Notes under the pieces: model-generated
What the model was told of the DNA's origin: nothing
Database searches by the model: none
Seen by the model: the letters and a program-made list of their open reading frames with translations, nothing else
In this document: positions 48,952 to 60,121 of the stretch, piece after piece
Layout: every line of letters starts with the position of its first letter
How positions within the stretch are numbered: position 1 is the stretch's first letter
Position numbers and translations under genes: made by a program
Assembly: GCA_038207335.1 (NCBI GenBank)
Contig: JBBQZX010000011.1
Location: 1 to 64,000, forward strand
Direction: 5' to 3'
Length of the DNA: 64,000 nucleotides
Source of the DNA: Chthoniobacterales bacterium
Lineage (GTDB): Bacteria; Verrucomicrobiota; Verrucomicrobiia; Chthoniobacterales; Chthoniobacteraceae

Positions 48952-49722
48952 TCAGGCCGGAAAATCCGCCGCCCAGGAGTCATCCGGCTCGTATCCGGTG
49001 GCCACCATAATGTCGCCGTAAGCCTCGCGGAACGCAGTCGCGACGCGGAGATCGAAATGATTCCGCCAGTCACCGGGCGTCCCTTTTCGTCCATGCGAAG
49101 CGCTGTCCTCCGTGCCGAACTGGCGCCCGAATTTTTTCTCGAAGCTGTTCTGCTCGATCGCGGACTGAAGCTCCTTTTCGGCGATCGGCAGCGCGAGCCG
49201 ATCGCGCAAGATTTCGCGCAATCGCGCGGCGGGATCGGCGGTAATGTCCTCGTATCGGCACAGCATTTCACCATGCCCGATCCACGACCGCTGGATGCGG
49301 GCGGAGCGCGCGAGGCCATGGTGGATGATGTGCGCTAGCCCCTCGGATTTGGAAAGCTGGGCGAGCGCTGCGCGCTGGCTCGCTACCTGCCCGGCGGCAT
49401 CGAGCGGGTGGGTGCCGCGAAGGCTAAAATACCGCGACACGAGCGTGTCGCGCAGGTCGCGGATGACGATGAAGCGCGGGACTTGGGCAAGGCCGGGATA
49501 GCCGAGGAATTCCTCGCGAGTCATGAAAGCGGCGGAGTAGATGCGACCGGCTTCGTAGCGAAAGTTCGCGAGGTCCGCGCCGAAACGCGGCGCGACGCGT
49601 TTGCCGAAGAGTGTGCGAAGGACGTCGTCGATCCACGTCGAGCCGGCCTTGGCGTGCGTCAAGAAAAAGAACGACTGCACGGATTCCGGCCCCTTCGATT
49701 TAAAAAACTTGAGCAGGGCCAT
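48952..49722 (-). CDS. PAPS-dependent sulfotransferase
   Basis: 5'-PSB HAKAGSTW, 3'-PB RDLRDTLVS, C-terminal RKGTPGDWRNHF. Confidence 0.9.
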   Translation of the reverse strand: MALLKFFKSKGPESVQSFFFLTHAKAGSTWIDDVLRTLFGKRVAPRFGADLANFRYEAGRIYSAAFMTREEFLGYPGLAQVPRFIVIRDLRDTLVSRYFSLRGTHPLDAAGQVASQRAALAQLSKSEGLAHIIHHGLARSARIQRSWIGHGEMLCRYEDITADPAARLREILRDRLALPIAEKELQSAIEQNSFEKKFGRQFGTEDSASHGRKGTPGDWRNHFDLRVATAFREAYGDIMVATGYEPDDSWAADFPA

Positions 49723-49740
49723 GCGGTCGGCTCGCGGGCT

Positions 49741-50808
49741 CTAGTAAACCCCTTCGATGATCGTCTTCTCCATCGCGCCGAAAGGCCGCACCTCGGCGAC
49801 GCCGTCCCACGCATACGGCGCGCGCGGCTTGCGGCGGAGCGCCTCGTCGCGCTCGAGGAAGCGCGGCATGAAGAATTCCTTCGTCAAAGTGGTGAGTTCC
49901 ACGCGGCCCCAGGTGTCGTAGTCCACAGTCGTCGCCGTGTCTTTCGGATCCACCACACGGAGCACGGCGCGCGGCTGCGGCGCGTAGTAGGTGATGGAAA
50001 AATTGTCCTCCTTCGTCAGCGGGACCGAGGCCGCGAGGCCCATGAGCGTGTTACCGTAGGTGGGGTAAAATCCGATGCGATTTTCCAGCACCTCCTCCAC
50101 GATGAATCGCACATATTGCGGCAGCATCGTGGTGCCGCCGCAGAAGACGCCGCGGATACCGGATTCAAAGACGTCCACCTTTTCCGCGAGCGCCTCGAGG
50201 AGCTTCGGCGTGGTGAAAAGGCCGCTCACTTTTCGATGCTTCAGAATCATCGCGGCCTGATCGACGACGTGCTCCATGTAGGCCTTTGCCTCGTCGAATT
50301 TCTTGTTCGAGATGAGCTTCTTCACCCACCGCGGATCGAGGTCGATGAAGTAGCACGACGAGCCGCGCACATGAGCGAGATGCTCGATCGCGAGGCGCAG
50401 CCGGCGCGGGCCGGTCGGGCCCATCATGAGCCACGCACCACCGCGCGGAAAATGCTCGTCGGCGATCTTTTCGCTGAACTCCGAGTAGTCGGTCTTGTAG
50501 TCGGTCCAGCCGATGCGCTGCTTCGGCATCCCGGTCGTGCCGCCGGTCTCGAAGATATTGAAAGGCTGGCCTTTATACTGCGCCGGCACCCACACCTCGG
50601 GCTGGAGATCGCGCAGCCATTCGTCCTGGAAATGCGGGAACTTTTTGACGTCGTCGATGGTCTGGATTTCGGCGCGCGGATCGAAATTCTTCTTCGCCCA
50701 ATCGAGCCAAAACGGACACCCCGTCTCGGGAGAAAAATGCCACGCGACGATCTCGCGGAGATGGGAGTCGAGCTGCTGCCTGGCTTCGTCGGGAGTGATC
50801 TCGGTCAT
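49741..50808 (-). CDS. EhpF-like adenylate-forming protein (truncated ANL / LuxE-like)
   Basis: WHFSPETGCPFWL, ETGGTTGMPK, YGNTL, GRVELTTLTKEFFMPRFLERD; recalls the phenazine-modifying protein EhpF. Confidence 0.75.
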   Translation of the reverse strand: MTEITPDEARQQLDSHLREIVAWHFSPETGCPFWLDWAKKNFDPRAEIQTIDDVKKFPHFQDEWLRDLQPEVWVPAQYKGQPFNIFETGGTTGMPKQRIGWTDYKTDYSEFSEKIADEHFPRGGAWLMMGPTGPRRLRLAIEHLAHVRGSSCYFIDLDPRWVKKLISNKKFDEAKAYMEHVVDQAAMILKHRKVSGLFTTPKLLEALAEKVDVFESGIRGVFCGGTTMLPQYVRFIVEEVLENRIGFYPTYGNTLMGLAASVPLTKEDNFSITYYAPQPRAVLRVVDPKDTATTVDYDTWGRVELTTLTKEFFMPRFLERDEALRRKPRAPYAWDGVAEVRPFGAMEKTIIEGVY

Positions 50809-50856
50809 TTGGGAAAGGTGCGCGAAACTGCGGGCGGAGGGCAAAACGAAAGAGCG

Positions 50857-52287
50857 TCAGCGAGGGCGCGAGGTAGAATCTTCAACTTTCCAATCCTCAA
50901 CGCCCCGGAGCGGACGCACGAATTTTCCGGGATTCAGAATGCCGCAGGGATCGAGGGCGGTTTTGAGGGCGGCGTGGACTTCGCGACTTACGGTGGAGGT
51001 GGCTTGCGGCCACCAGCGCTGCTTGGCGAGGCCGATGCCGTGTTCGCCTGTGATGACGCCGCCCCATGCGAGGACTTGGGTGAAAAGCTCGTCGAGCGCG
51101 TGCTCGACGCGGGCGTGCGTGGCGGCGTCTTCGTGGTAGTTCGCAGCCATGATGTTGACGTGAATATTGCCGTCGCCGGCGTGGCCGAAGCAGGCGACCG
51201 GATAGCCGTATTTTTTGCGGAGTTGCGCGGCGAAATTTGCGAGGTCCACGAGACGGCCGCGCGGGACGACAATGTCTTCGTTGAGCTTCGTGAGGCCAGT
51301 GGCTTTCAACGATTCGGAAAATTTGCGGCGCAATTCCCACAGCCGTTCGCACGCGGTTTCGCCGACGGCGGATTCGAGATGGAGTGCGCCGATTTTATTG
51401 AGCAATGCCGCGAGCGATTTGGCTTCCGATTTGACGGAGGCGGGCTGGCCGTCGAGGTCGACGAGGATATGCCCGGCACCCTCGGGGACGATCGCTTTTC
51501 CCAAATGCTCGCGCGCGGATTTCAGCGTAAAGCTGTCGGCGATTTCGAGCGCGGCGGGGAGGAAGCCGGCTCGGAAGACGGCCTGCACGGCGTCTGCCGC
51601 TTGGCGGAATGTTTTGAATGAAGCCGAGAGGCTCGCTCGCGCGGGCGGCAGCGGGAGCAGTCGCAGCGTGGCCTCGGTAACGACGCCGAGCAGGCCCTCG
51701 CTGCCGACGAAAAGGCCGAGCAGGTCGAAGCCGGTTTTGTTTTTGTGAGTGCGCCCCCCGGTGCGGAGGATTTCGCCGCTGGCGAGCACGACTTCGAGGC
51801 CGAGGATATATTGGCGCGTGACGCCGTATTTGAGGCAGCGCGGGCCACCGGCGTTGGTCGCGATGTTCCCGCCGATGCTGCAATCCTTCAGGCTCGCGGG
51901 GTCGGGCGGGTAGAAAAGTCCGCGCTTTCTCACCTCCGCCGCGAGCTGCCCGGTGATGACGCCGGGCTGCACGACCGCGACTCCGTCCTCGAAATGAATC
52001 TCCCGGATTTCACGCATCCGCGCGAGCGAGAGCGCGATGCCGCCGTGCGATGGCACGCAGCCGCCGACGTATCCGTAGCCCGCGCCGCGCGGCGTGACCG
52101 GAAGCTCGCGCTTGCTGGCAAAACGCATCAACTTCGCGACCTGCTCCGTAGATTCCGCGAAGACGACGACGTCCGGCGCGTGCCTCGCGAACCAGCGGTC
52201 CGTGCTGTGGACGGCGAGTGTCTCGGGCTCGGTGCTGACGGCGTCCGCGCCGAGCAGTCGGGTGAGTTGGCGCGCGAGTGGCGTCAT
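50857..52287 (-). CDS. FAD-linked oxidase, GlcD/D-lactate dehydrogenase family
   Basis: YPPDPAS, GGNIATNAGG, GSEG.LG, GHAGDGNIH, GEHGIG, DP.GILNPGK. Confidence 0.92.
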   Translation of the reverse strand: MTPLARQLTRLLGADAVSTEPETLAVHSTDRWFARHAPDVVVFAESTEQVAKLMRFASKRELPVTPRGAGYGYVGGCVPSHGGIALSLARMREIREIHFEDGVAVVQPGVITGQLAAEVRKRGLFYPPDPASLKDCSIGGNIATNAGGPRCLKYGVTRQYILGLEVVLASGEILRTGGRTHKNKTGFDLLGLFVGSEGLLGVVTEATLRLLPLPPARASLSASFKTFRQAADAVQAVFRAGFLPAALEIADSFTLKSAREHLGKAIVPEGAGHILVDLDGQPASVKSEAKSLAALLNKIGALHLESAVGETACERLWELRRKFSESLKATGLTKLNEDIVVPRGRLVDLANFAAQLRKKYGYPVACFGHAGDGNIHVNIMAANYHEDAATHARVEHALDELFTQVLAWGGVITGEHGIGLAKQRWWPQATSTVSREVHAALKTALDPCGILNPGKFVRPLRGVEDWKVEDSTSRPR

Positions 52288-53000
52288 CGGCCGCGCCCGA
52301 AGATGAAGCGCTGGAGCGTGTTCCCGGTCCGCTCGATGACGTTTGGCCGGCGGCGATTTTCCTCGGGCGGCGGCTCGGCACGCTCGGCGACGATCACGGG
52401 CGGCTCCGCGGCGGGTGCGACGTAGCTACGAGCCTGTGGCTTGAATGCCTCTTTTTTCGCCACGACCCGCGTGGGCTCGGTCGGAAATCCCTCGTGCGAA
52501 ATAACGTCGCCTTTTCCCGCGGAGACGACGACCGCGCCAAGTTCCTTGCCCGCGTCATCGAGCCCACTCACGCGCCAGAGTGGCACCGCGCCCACGCCAT
52601 CGCGCCGCAGGCTGAAGCTCAGCGCGGTGACGTTCGCGGAGTTCGCCGCTGCGTATTCCTGGAGGATTTTCGCGGCGCGATCGGAGTCGATTTTGATCGC
52701 GTCGCCGCCGAGCAAATCGTCGGGCGTGAGAGTCTCGGCGAACTGCGAAATGCTGCGCGACGCGACGATCTCGCCGCCCGCGACGACGTATTCATGGACG
52801 CCATTTTCGGCATCTTTGTCGAAGACGAGGATGTGCCAGCGGTCAGGCTCCGGCGTGCCGTCGCGCGCCTCGATGCGCGCCACATGTTTCAGTTCGCCGC
52901 GCGGGAGGAGTTTTAGCGCGGTAAGCGCGGTGGAGGGGGCCGCCGCGAGCGCAGAGGCGGCGGCGAGCAGGGCGGTGAGAAAAATCGGAAGCGTGCGCAT
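52284..53000 (-). CDS. Secreted hypothetical protein
   Basis: Signal peptide [23 protein letters not shown] overlap with the downstream gene. Confidence 0.7.
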   Translation of the reverse strand: MRTLPIFLTALLAAASALAAAPSTALTALKLLPRGELKHVARIEARDGTPEPDRWHILVFDKDAENGVHEYVVAGGEIVASRSISQFAETLTPDDLLGGDAIKIDSDRAAKILQEYAAANSANVTALSFSLRRDGVGAVPLWRVSGLDDAGKELGAVVVSAGKGDVISHEGFPTEPTRVVAKKEAFKPQARSYVAPAAEPPVIVAERAEPPPEENRRRPNVIERTGNTLQRFIFGRGR

Positions 53001-53130
53001 TTTCGCGGAGGCGCAAGCTACCGACTCGCGCCAGTTTTCCAAATCGAATGGTAATTTCCTAGATCGCGGCGCGTGCGCGGGTAGGCAAAAAATCTCGACG
53101 GTGCGCGAAGCGGGCGCGCAGATTCAGCGG

Positions 53131-54342
53131 ATGATCATCAAGCCCAAAGTCCGCGGTTTTGTCTGCGTCACTGCGCACCCCGAAGGCTGTGCGGCGCATG
53201 TGCAGCAGCAGATCGATTTCGTGCGGGAAAAGGGGCCGCTTTCGGGGATGCCGAAACGTGTCTTGGTGATCGGCGCCTCGACGGGCTATGGGCTGGCGAG
53301 CCGCATCGTTCCAGCGTTTGCGGGCGGCGCGTCCACGCTTGGGGTGTTCTTTGAGAAGCCGGGCGAGGAGGGGAAAACGGCGAGCGCGGGGTGGTACAAT
53401 TCGGTCGCATTCGAGAAGGCTGCTCACGCCGCGGGACTCTACGCGAAGAGCATCAACGGCGACGCATTTTCCGACGCGATCAAGGAGCAGACGATCGCCA
53501 CGATCAAAGCGGATTTGGGGCAGGTCGATGCGGTGATTTACAGCCTCGCATCGCCGCGGCGCACGCACCCGAAGACGGGCGTCGTTTCAAAAAGCACGCT
53601 GAAGCCGGTCGGCCCGGCGTTCACCGCGAAGACGGTGGACACGGACAGACAGGTCGTGAGCGACATCACGATCCCGCCGGCGAATGAGCAGGAAATCGCG
53701 GACACGGTCGCGGTGATGGGCGGCGAGGATTGGGAGATGTGGATCGACGAGCTTGCCGCAGCGGGCGTGCTAGCGCCCGGCGCGCTGACGGTGGCCTACA
53801 GCTACATCGGGCCGGAGGTGACGCACGCGATCTACCGCGCGGGGACGATCGGCGCGGCGAAAGAAAACCTCGAGGCAACCGCGAAACGTCTGGCGAAACG
53901 GCTCGAGCCGGAGGCCGGGCGCGCTTTTGTGTCGATCAACAAGGCACTCGTGACACAAGCCAGCTCGGCGATCCCGGTCGTGCCGCTCTACATTTCGCTT
54001 CTGTATAAAGTGATGAAGGCGCACGGCACGCACGAGGGTTGCATCGAGCAAATCGAGCGGCTCTTTGCGGAAAATCTCGCGAATGGCGCGACTCCGAATC
54101 TCGACGAGTCGGGGCGCGTGCGAATCGACGATTGGGAGATGCGGCCGGAAATTCAGAAGGAAGTCGCGGAGGCGTGGCCGCTCGTGACGACGGAGAATCT
54201 CGGCGAACTCACGGACATCGTGGGATACCGCGCAGAGTTCCTGCGGCTGTTTGGGTTTGGGATGCCGGAGGTGGACTACGAGGCCGAGAGCGAGCCGGAG
54301 AGGCCGATGCCTTCAGCCGTAGCAAGCACGGCGTCCGATTAG
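53131..54342 (+). CDS. fabV: Enoyl-ACP / trans-2-enoyl-CoA reductase
   Basis: [59 protein letters not shown]. Confidence 0.95.
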   Translation: MIIKPKVRGFVCVTAHPEGCAAHVQQQIDFVREKGPLSGMPKRVLVIGASTGYGLASRIVPAFAGGASTLGVFFEKPGEEGKTASAGWYNSVAFEKAAHAAGLYAKSINGDAFSDAIKEQTIATIKADLGQVDAVIYSLASPRRTHPKTGVVSKSTLKPVGPAFTAKTVDTDRQVVSDITIPPANEQEIADTVAVMGGEDWEMWIDELAAAGVLAPGALTVAYSYIGPEVTHAIYRAGTIGAAKENLEATAKRLAKRLEPEAGRAFVSINKALVTQASSAIPVVPLYISLLYKVMKAHGTHEGCIEQIERLFAENLANGATPNLDESGRVRIDDWEMRPEIQKEVAEAWPLVTTENLGELTDIVGYRAEFLRLFGFGMPEVDYEAESEPERPMPSAVASTASD

Positions 54343-54537
54343 GCCATCGTCACCGCTGGCCCATTCGCGATGATTTTTGCGGACATCTTCCCGATGTATC
54401 CCTCGGCATCGTCCTTTTGAAACAGGATGTGCCGCTCCTCGAATTCTCGCGGCGTCTTGAATTTATCTCACCAGTGAATCTGCCGGAACGACGCAGCCGA
54501 CTGGAAGGATCAATTCGGGGAAGAAGAATCTCATCCT

Positions 54538-55650
54538 CTACTTCACCCGATTGTCCGCCGGCCAAAGCATCTCTTCCCATGGGAGATCGTCGATATGCCA
54601 TGTCTCGGGAAGGAGACGGACGATGCGGCGGGGGCGGAAACCTTCGAGCAGGTTTTCAGGTTTGATCACAAGTTGCAGACTGCTGCTGCCGGGTGTCACG
54701 GGGAAATTCCGAATCTCCAGCAATTCGCAATACATGCGGTCGTTGATCTGATCGTAGGTGCGCAGGGAATCCTCCGCGACCAGGGCGGCGACACGGGCCT
54801 TGAGCTTAAAATCATCCGCGAGCGTCCGATTGAAGCCGTCGAACAGGGTCACCGCTACGAGGCTCTTTTCATTGTCCACCGTGTCGATCCAGCCGGGGAG
54901 GCCGTGCGTTTTTTCGTAGGCGCGATGCACTTCATTTTGGTGCGCGGACGCGAGTTGGCGGCACTCGTCGTCGAGCCAGATGTCGGTGCAACGCCCCGGA
55001 CCTTTGAGAGTGGCGACCGTGATGTTGAGGAGTATCGACTGACCGACGGTGAGGTCCGTCAAGGAACCAAAGCCATTGCCTTTCCAGATGAGGGTCGCGG
55101 GATTCAGCTTGAAAATCGTTGGTTTCGCATCGGCTTTTTGATCCGCCAACGACAGGCCCGTCACGGTGATCGTGCCTTTGTCGAGTTGCACGGCATCGAC
55201 GCGCCAGACGCGGTTCTGGCGCTGGTGAAAACTGAAATCGTCCTCGAGTCGGAACGCCTGTGTGTAGGCACCTTTGGCATCCTTGCCCGCTTTTGCATTC
55301 CAGTAGAATTCGCCATGCAAATGCGTGCCGATCGGGATGTCCCGCAGTTCGGCTGGTGCGCCGTGGAAACGAAGGGTGCCGTAGGGCAATATCGTGAAAA
55401 GCAGCGCGCGATCGTAGTCGTCGGTGCGTTGATCAACCCGCCGGTCGGGGCGTAGCTGCCCGGTGCGGTTGACGTGATCCAACTGAATCATTTCTCCCGC
55501 GAGGTAATGGGCCGAACCTTCCGGCGGAAATTGGCCGGGCTGAACTTCGTAGGGCGCCGGCTTTGGCCCCGGATCGGCGGCGAGCGCTGCCAGCCCGATT
55601 GCGCAACATCCAGCGGCGAGCGCGCGGAAGCCGAGGCGGATTGCGGTCAT
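54538..55650 (-). CDS. Secreted hypothetical protein, downstream member of the DUF1592/DUF1552 cassette
   Basis: Signal peptide; long intact ORF directly after the DUF1552 gene. Confidence 0.7.
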   Translation of the reverse strand: MTAIRLGFRALAAGCCAIGLAALAADPGPKPAPYEVQPGQFPPEGSAHYLAGEMIQLDHVNRTGQLRPDRRVDQRTDDYDRALLFTILPYGTLRFHGAPAELRDIPIGTHLHGEFYWNAKAGKDAKGAYTQAFRLEDDFSFHQRQNRVWRVDAVQLDKGTITVTGLSLADQKADAKPTIFKLNPATLIWKGNGFGSLTDLTVGQSILLNITVATLKGPGRCTDIWLDDECRQLASAHQNEVHRAYEKTHGLPGWIDTVDNEKSLVAVTLFDGFNRTLADDFKLKARVAALVAEDSLRTYDQINDRMYCELLEIRNFPVTPGSSSLQLVIKPENLLEGFRPRRIVRLLPETWHIDDLPWEEMLWPADNRVK

Positions 55651-55658
55651 CCGGATTT

Positions 55659-57057
55659 TCAAACCAGCTCCGACACCGGCCCGAGGCTGTCCACGAATGT
55701 CTCCGCATGGACATCCATTTTCTGCAACATGGTGAGGAGCAGGTTGCTCAGGTGCGCCTGACCGTTCACCGGCTTTCCGTAGATGCCGTAGTGTGCGCCG
55801 GCGTTCGCGAGATCGTAGGCGCCGAGCTTCGGCAGGTTGTAGTCAATGTGCCGACCGTGCTTGAACCCCAACGCGCTGCCGCCCGCGAGTATGGTCGGCA
55901 GGTTGGCATTGCCGTGACTGTGCCCGTAGCTCATGCCGCTTCCGAAAAGCACCATCGTGCGATCCAGCAGCGCCTCGTCGCCGTCGCGCGTTTCGGTTAG
56001 TTGATCGAGGAAATAGGAGAACTGCTCCGTGATGAAGGCGTCGCTTTTGCTCAGCCGCGCCATCACTTCCGGGTCACCGTTGTGATGCGAAAGCTCGTGC
56101 CGCGTTTGCGTGATGCCGATTTCGGGGATGGAGAGTCCATTGCCCTCCGTGCCGCTCATGTAGCTGATGACGCGGGTCATGTCCGTGCGAAGCGCGAGGA
56201 CGATAAGGTCATACATGGTGCGGTAGTATTCGCCGGCTTGCGCCTTGGAAACTTCGCGCTGGAAATGGCCGGTGACGGATGGGTCGAGCTTCGGTTTCGG
56301 CACATCGAGCCAGGCGTCGAGTCGTTCAGTGCGGACTTCGACCTCGCGGACGGCGGTGAGGTATTCATCGAGCTTGGTGCGGTCATCTCCGCCCAATCCG
56401 CGGCGCAGCGAACGCGCGTCATCGAGCACGGTGTCGAGCACGCTATGCCGGCGATTCAAATTGCGGCGCTGCTTTCCAAGCCCCCCTGCTCCTCGCCGAA
56501 CAGGCGGTTGAAAACATTGCGGGGATTGTCCTCGGCTGGCAGCGGAACACCGTCGCGCGACCAGGAAAGCGTGTTGATCACATTGCCCGGGGTGCCCGTT
56601 CCACTGGCGACGGAAAGCTCGAGCGAGGGAAACCGCGTCTCGACCGATGTAACCTCGGCCATCATTTGATCACACGAGACGCTGTTCCGATACGCGCCAC
56701 CTTCCTGGCTCAACTTCGCGCCCGTGAGCCAGAGATCGCCGCAAACGTGCGCCGTTCCGAGTCCGCCCGGATGGTGCAGCCCGCTGATCGGCGTGAGATT
56801 CCCGCGATGCCTTTCCAGCGACCGCATCGGCACGCTGAATTCGTAATCACGCCCGGCCTTCGTGATCTGCCAGGTGAGCACATCACGCCATTCGGAATGT
56901 AAACGAAGACCGCGCGCCGGGGTTTTGCCGCCGCTTCGGCCCCGCGGGCATGGAGCGGTTTCATGCAATCGAGCAAGGGCAGGGCGATGGTCGCGCCGAG
57001 ACCACGCAGAAAATGCCGCCGGTTCAGCAGCCAGCGTTGAGTGAGGATGTTGCTCAT
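55659..57057 (-). pseudogene. DUF1552 family protein split by two 1-nt deletions (about 56883 and 56475)
   Basis: RRHFLRG..IALPLL, YIPNGV | [18 protein letters not shown] | SVLD, HELSHH, NLP. Restoring one A at each site gives a continuous ORF. Confidence 0.8.
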
Positions 57058-57072
57058 GGATTTAATTTCGGT

Positions 57073-59506
57073 TCAGCGGGTTTGGAAAAGTTCGGAGGTG
57101 ACGAGCGCTTCGACGATGTGTTTGAGCCGGTAGTCGAGCGATTTGCCTTTTCCCGCGAGCGAGGCAAGCGCGCGACGGTCATCAATCGTCATCGCCCGCC
57201 GCATCGCGTAAGTGGCGAGCTTTTCGACAAAGGCGGCGGCGAATTTATCGGTGTCGGCGACGAGCAGATGCTTGAATTCCGTCGCGTCGGCAAACTTGCG
57301 TCCGTCCGGCAGTTCGCCGCTCGCATCCACCCGCGGATTCTGGCCCTCGCCGTCGCGCACTACCTCCTCGGTGCGCCAGCGGCCGATCGCGTCGTAGTTG
57401 TCAAAGGCGAGGCCAAGCGGGTCGATTTTTCGGTGGCACGCCGCGCAGTTCGCGTCGCTTTTGTGTGCCTCGAGCTTCATGCGCAACGTCGCCTTGGGCT
57501 GTCCCGCCGGCGTCGGCTCGATCGGGGACCCGTTCGCCGGCGGCGGCGGAGGTGGCTTGTTGAAAATGGCTTCCAGAAACCATTTTCCGCGATGCACCGG
57601 ACGATGCCGCTGGCCATCCGAAGTCAGGCTGAGAACGCCGGCCTGCGTGAGCAATCCGCCCCGATGATCCTCGGGCCGCAACGCGACGCGCTGAAAGGCA
57701 TCCGTCTGCACGCCCGCGATGCCGTAGTGCTCGGCGAGCCGCGCGTTCAGCATGGTCAAATCCGAGGCGAGGAACTCGCGCACGCTCAGATTTTTTCCCA
57801 GCACTTCACGGAAAAACGCGGTCCCCTCGGCGATCATGCTCTTTTCCAAATACGCGTCGTAATCGGGATACAGCTTAGAGTCGGGAGGGAACATCCCGAC
57901 GTGCCGGAGTTGAAGCCACTCGCGCGGAAACCCGGTGGTGAATCGCTCCGCTTTCGGATCGCTGAGCATCCGCGCGACTTCACCGCGCAGGACCTCCGGC
58001 GCATGCAGAGTATTCGTTCGCGCGAGCTCGAAAAGCCCGTCGTCCGGCATCGTGCTCCAGAGAAAATAAGACAGGCGCGAGGCCAGTTCCCAGTCGTCCA
58101 GCCGTTGGACCGCGTGCTCCGGGGAACCCTCGACCAGATAGAGAAAGTCCTTGGCGCACAGCGTCGCGACGAGCGCCGTTTTGACTGCGGATTCAAACGT
58201 CTTGCCTTGGCTCATCTCGCTCTCTGCCAGCTTCACGAGGCGCTCGATTTCCGCTGGCCGCGCTGGCCGGCGAAAAGCGCGCTCCGCAAAATGCTTCAGG
58301 ATTTCCCGCGCCTGCGCCACGTCGCGAGCGCCCGACGGGAAGAGCGCCTTCTGTTGCGGAGTCGGGCACGCGGCTTGGAGCGGACCGGTGGTTTCCACGA
58401 AGTCCACGATGAGGAATGGCCGGAGCTGGACGCCTTCCTCATCGCTCAATTTCCACTGCCACGGCTGCTTTCCTGTGGCTGATTCCTTGATCGTCGTGAA
58501 AAAGCGCCCCGCATCATATCTACCGTGACGCGGCAAATTCGACGGGCCCGGTGCCTCGCAAGTCAGCCGGATGTCGTGATGCCCGGCGGGCACATGAAAG
58601 GTGAACTCGAGTGTCTTCGGCTGGTCCTCCGCAGTGACCACGTCCTCCTCGAACAGCATCCGGTCGAGATATTTCGCATACATGGAGATAGCGGCGCGCG
58701 GCCGTAGGGCGGTCATTCCGCTGAGCTTGATCCGCATCCGGTAATCGCCTGCGACCGGAACCTGATCCCCCAGATCCAGTCCATCGTGCGGCCAGAGTTC
58801 CACGCGCGCACGGTCAGCCAAGCCAAGTTGCTCCGCCTTTTACTTCTGCGATCCGTGATAGCGCCGGTCAAAGGGATCGCGGAATCGCTTCATCGCCTTG
58901 GGCGCGACATCGGGCAGCGCTTCGTTCAAGACCGACTCAGCCGCGGCCACATATTTTTCCACGTGCGCCGGGGACAGCGACAACACCGATCCGATTCGCT
59001 CACCCATGCCAGTCGGGATCTTCGGGCAGTCCGGTGGGATCGGTAGCGTCGAAATGCACGCCTAGCAGATCGTAGATGGAGTTCGCATATTCGGCGCGAG
59101 TTAGCTTGTGAAAGGTGACGCGCTCACGCCGCGCCATCCGCACGGCTTCCCCGTCCTTGAATTGTTCCGCGATCCATTCCGCCACGCGCGCAGGCTCCTC
59201 TGGTTTGGGTTGCGGCTCATCATCCGGTGGCATCTCCGCGGCGCTGATCCGCTCCAGCGCATCCGCCCAGTGCGAACCAGCGAGCGGCGCGGCGAAATCC
59301 CGCGACAGCGTGTCGAACCGCAAATCCCCTTTCTGCTTTTTCTCGCCATGGCAACGAACGCAATGCTCGGTGAAAAACGGCTCCACCGCACCGGAATCAT
59401 GGTTGGCAGCCATGGCTACGGTGGACGCCAGCAACCAGAGTCCTAGTGCGAACCCTCGGATCACGCGCCCCTGGGGCGCAAGTCGATGATCTTGCAGTTT
59501 GCTCAT
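57073..59506 (-). pseudogene. Planctomycete-type cytochrome c / DUF1587-1595-1592-1588-1585 protein with a frameshift (about 59002) and an in-frame TAA (58840-58842)
   Basis: CVRCHG, LTRAEYANSIYDLLG, ELASRLSYFLWSTMPD, RGGLLTQ, CAACHRKIDPLG. Confidence 0.85.
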
Positions 59507-59889
59507 TTTGGACGAGATGCACTCTCTTACCAACCCCGCACGCGGCAGGCTTGAGGGCAAATACTTCGAATGGATGTTTTCTTCACCAAGTTTTTGTGGG
59601 CTCTTTACTGACGGGAGCCTCAGGCGCACGCTTCGCACCGGCGGCGACGGAAGGCTCCGAAGGATAAGCCCGCAGCACGGGTGCGAGAAAGGCCGGATGT
59701 CTCTCCGGGTGGGGAGGGAAGGGGGCTCCCACCCCCAATCACGTGAGCGTCAGGGGTCCACACAGGCAGCCCGCGCTCCAATCTTCCGCTTCGCCTGAAC
59801 GCCCGCACTCGCCACAGGGGAGCGCGTCCGCGACATCCGGCCGTCGGAAAAGGCATTCTATTGCTATAGATCCTTGGTATTCTAAACTC

Positions 59890-60108
59890 TTACCACGAAT
59901 CGAAACGCGCCCTGGAGCGGGCGTCTTCGCGTTCGTCGCGCTCCTGCCAGCGATCCTGGCGCCCCGAGGTGCGGGAATCCATACGGCTCTGTCGATTATC
60001 GAGTCCGGAGGCGCGCGCGTCTTGCACACCGGATGAGGAGCAGCCGGAAAGGAAAATGGATGCGCCGAGCAGGACGACGGCGGCAATGATGGAGGTGTGT
60101 AATTTCAT
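59890..60108 (-). CDS. Small lipoprotein
   Basis: Hydrophobic leader ending in the lipobox LSGC; Arg/Asp-rich body. Confidence 0.75.
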   Translation of the reverse strand: MKLHTSIIAAVVLLGASIFLSGCSSSGVQDARASGLDNRQSRMDSRTSGRQDRWQERDEREDARSRARFDSW

Positions 60109-60121
60109 AATGGAAAATGGG

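Noticed and set aside
47428..50808. Phenazine or lux bioluminescence cluster
   Set aside because: No phz core genes and no luxAB/luxD in the window.
59610..59850. GC-rich partial palindromes, possibly ncRNA or REP remnants
   Set aside because: Too degenerate to define a structure or repeat unit.
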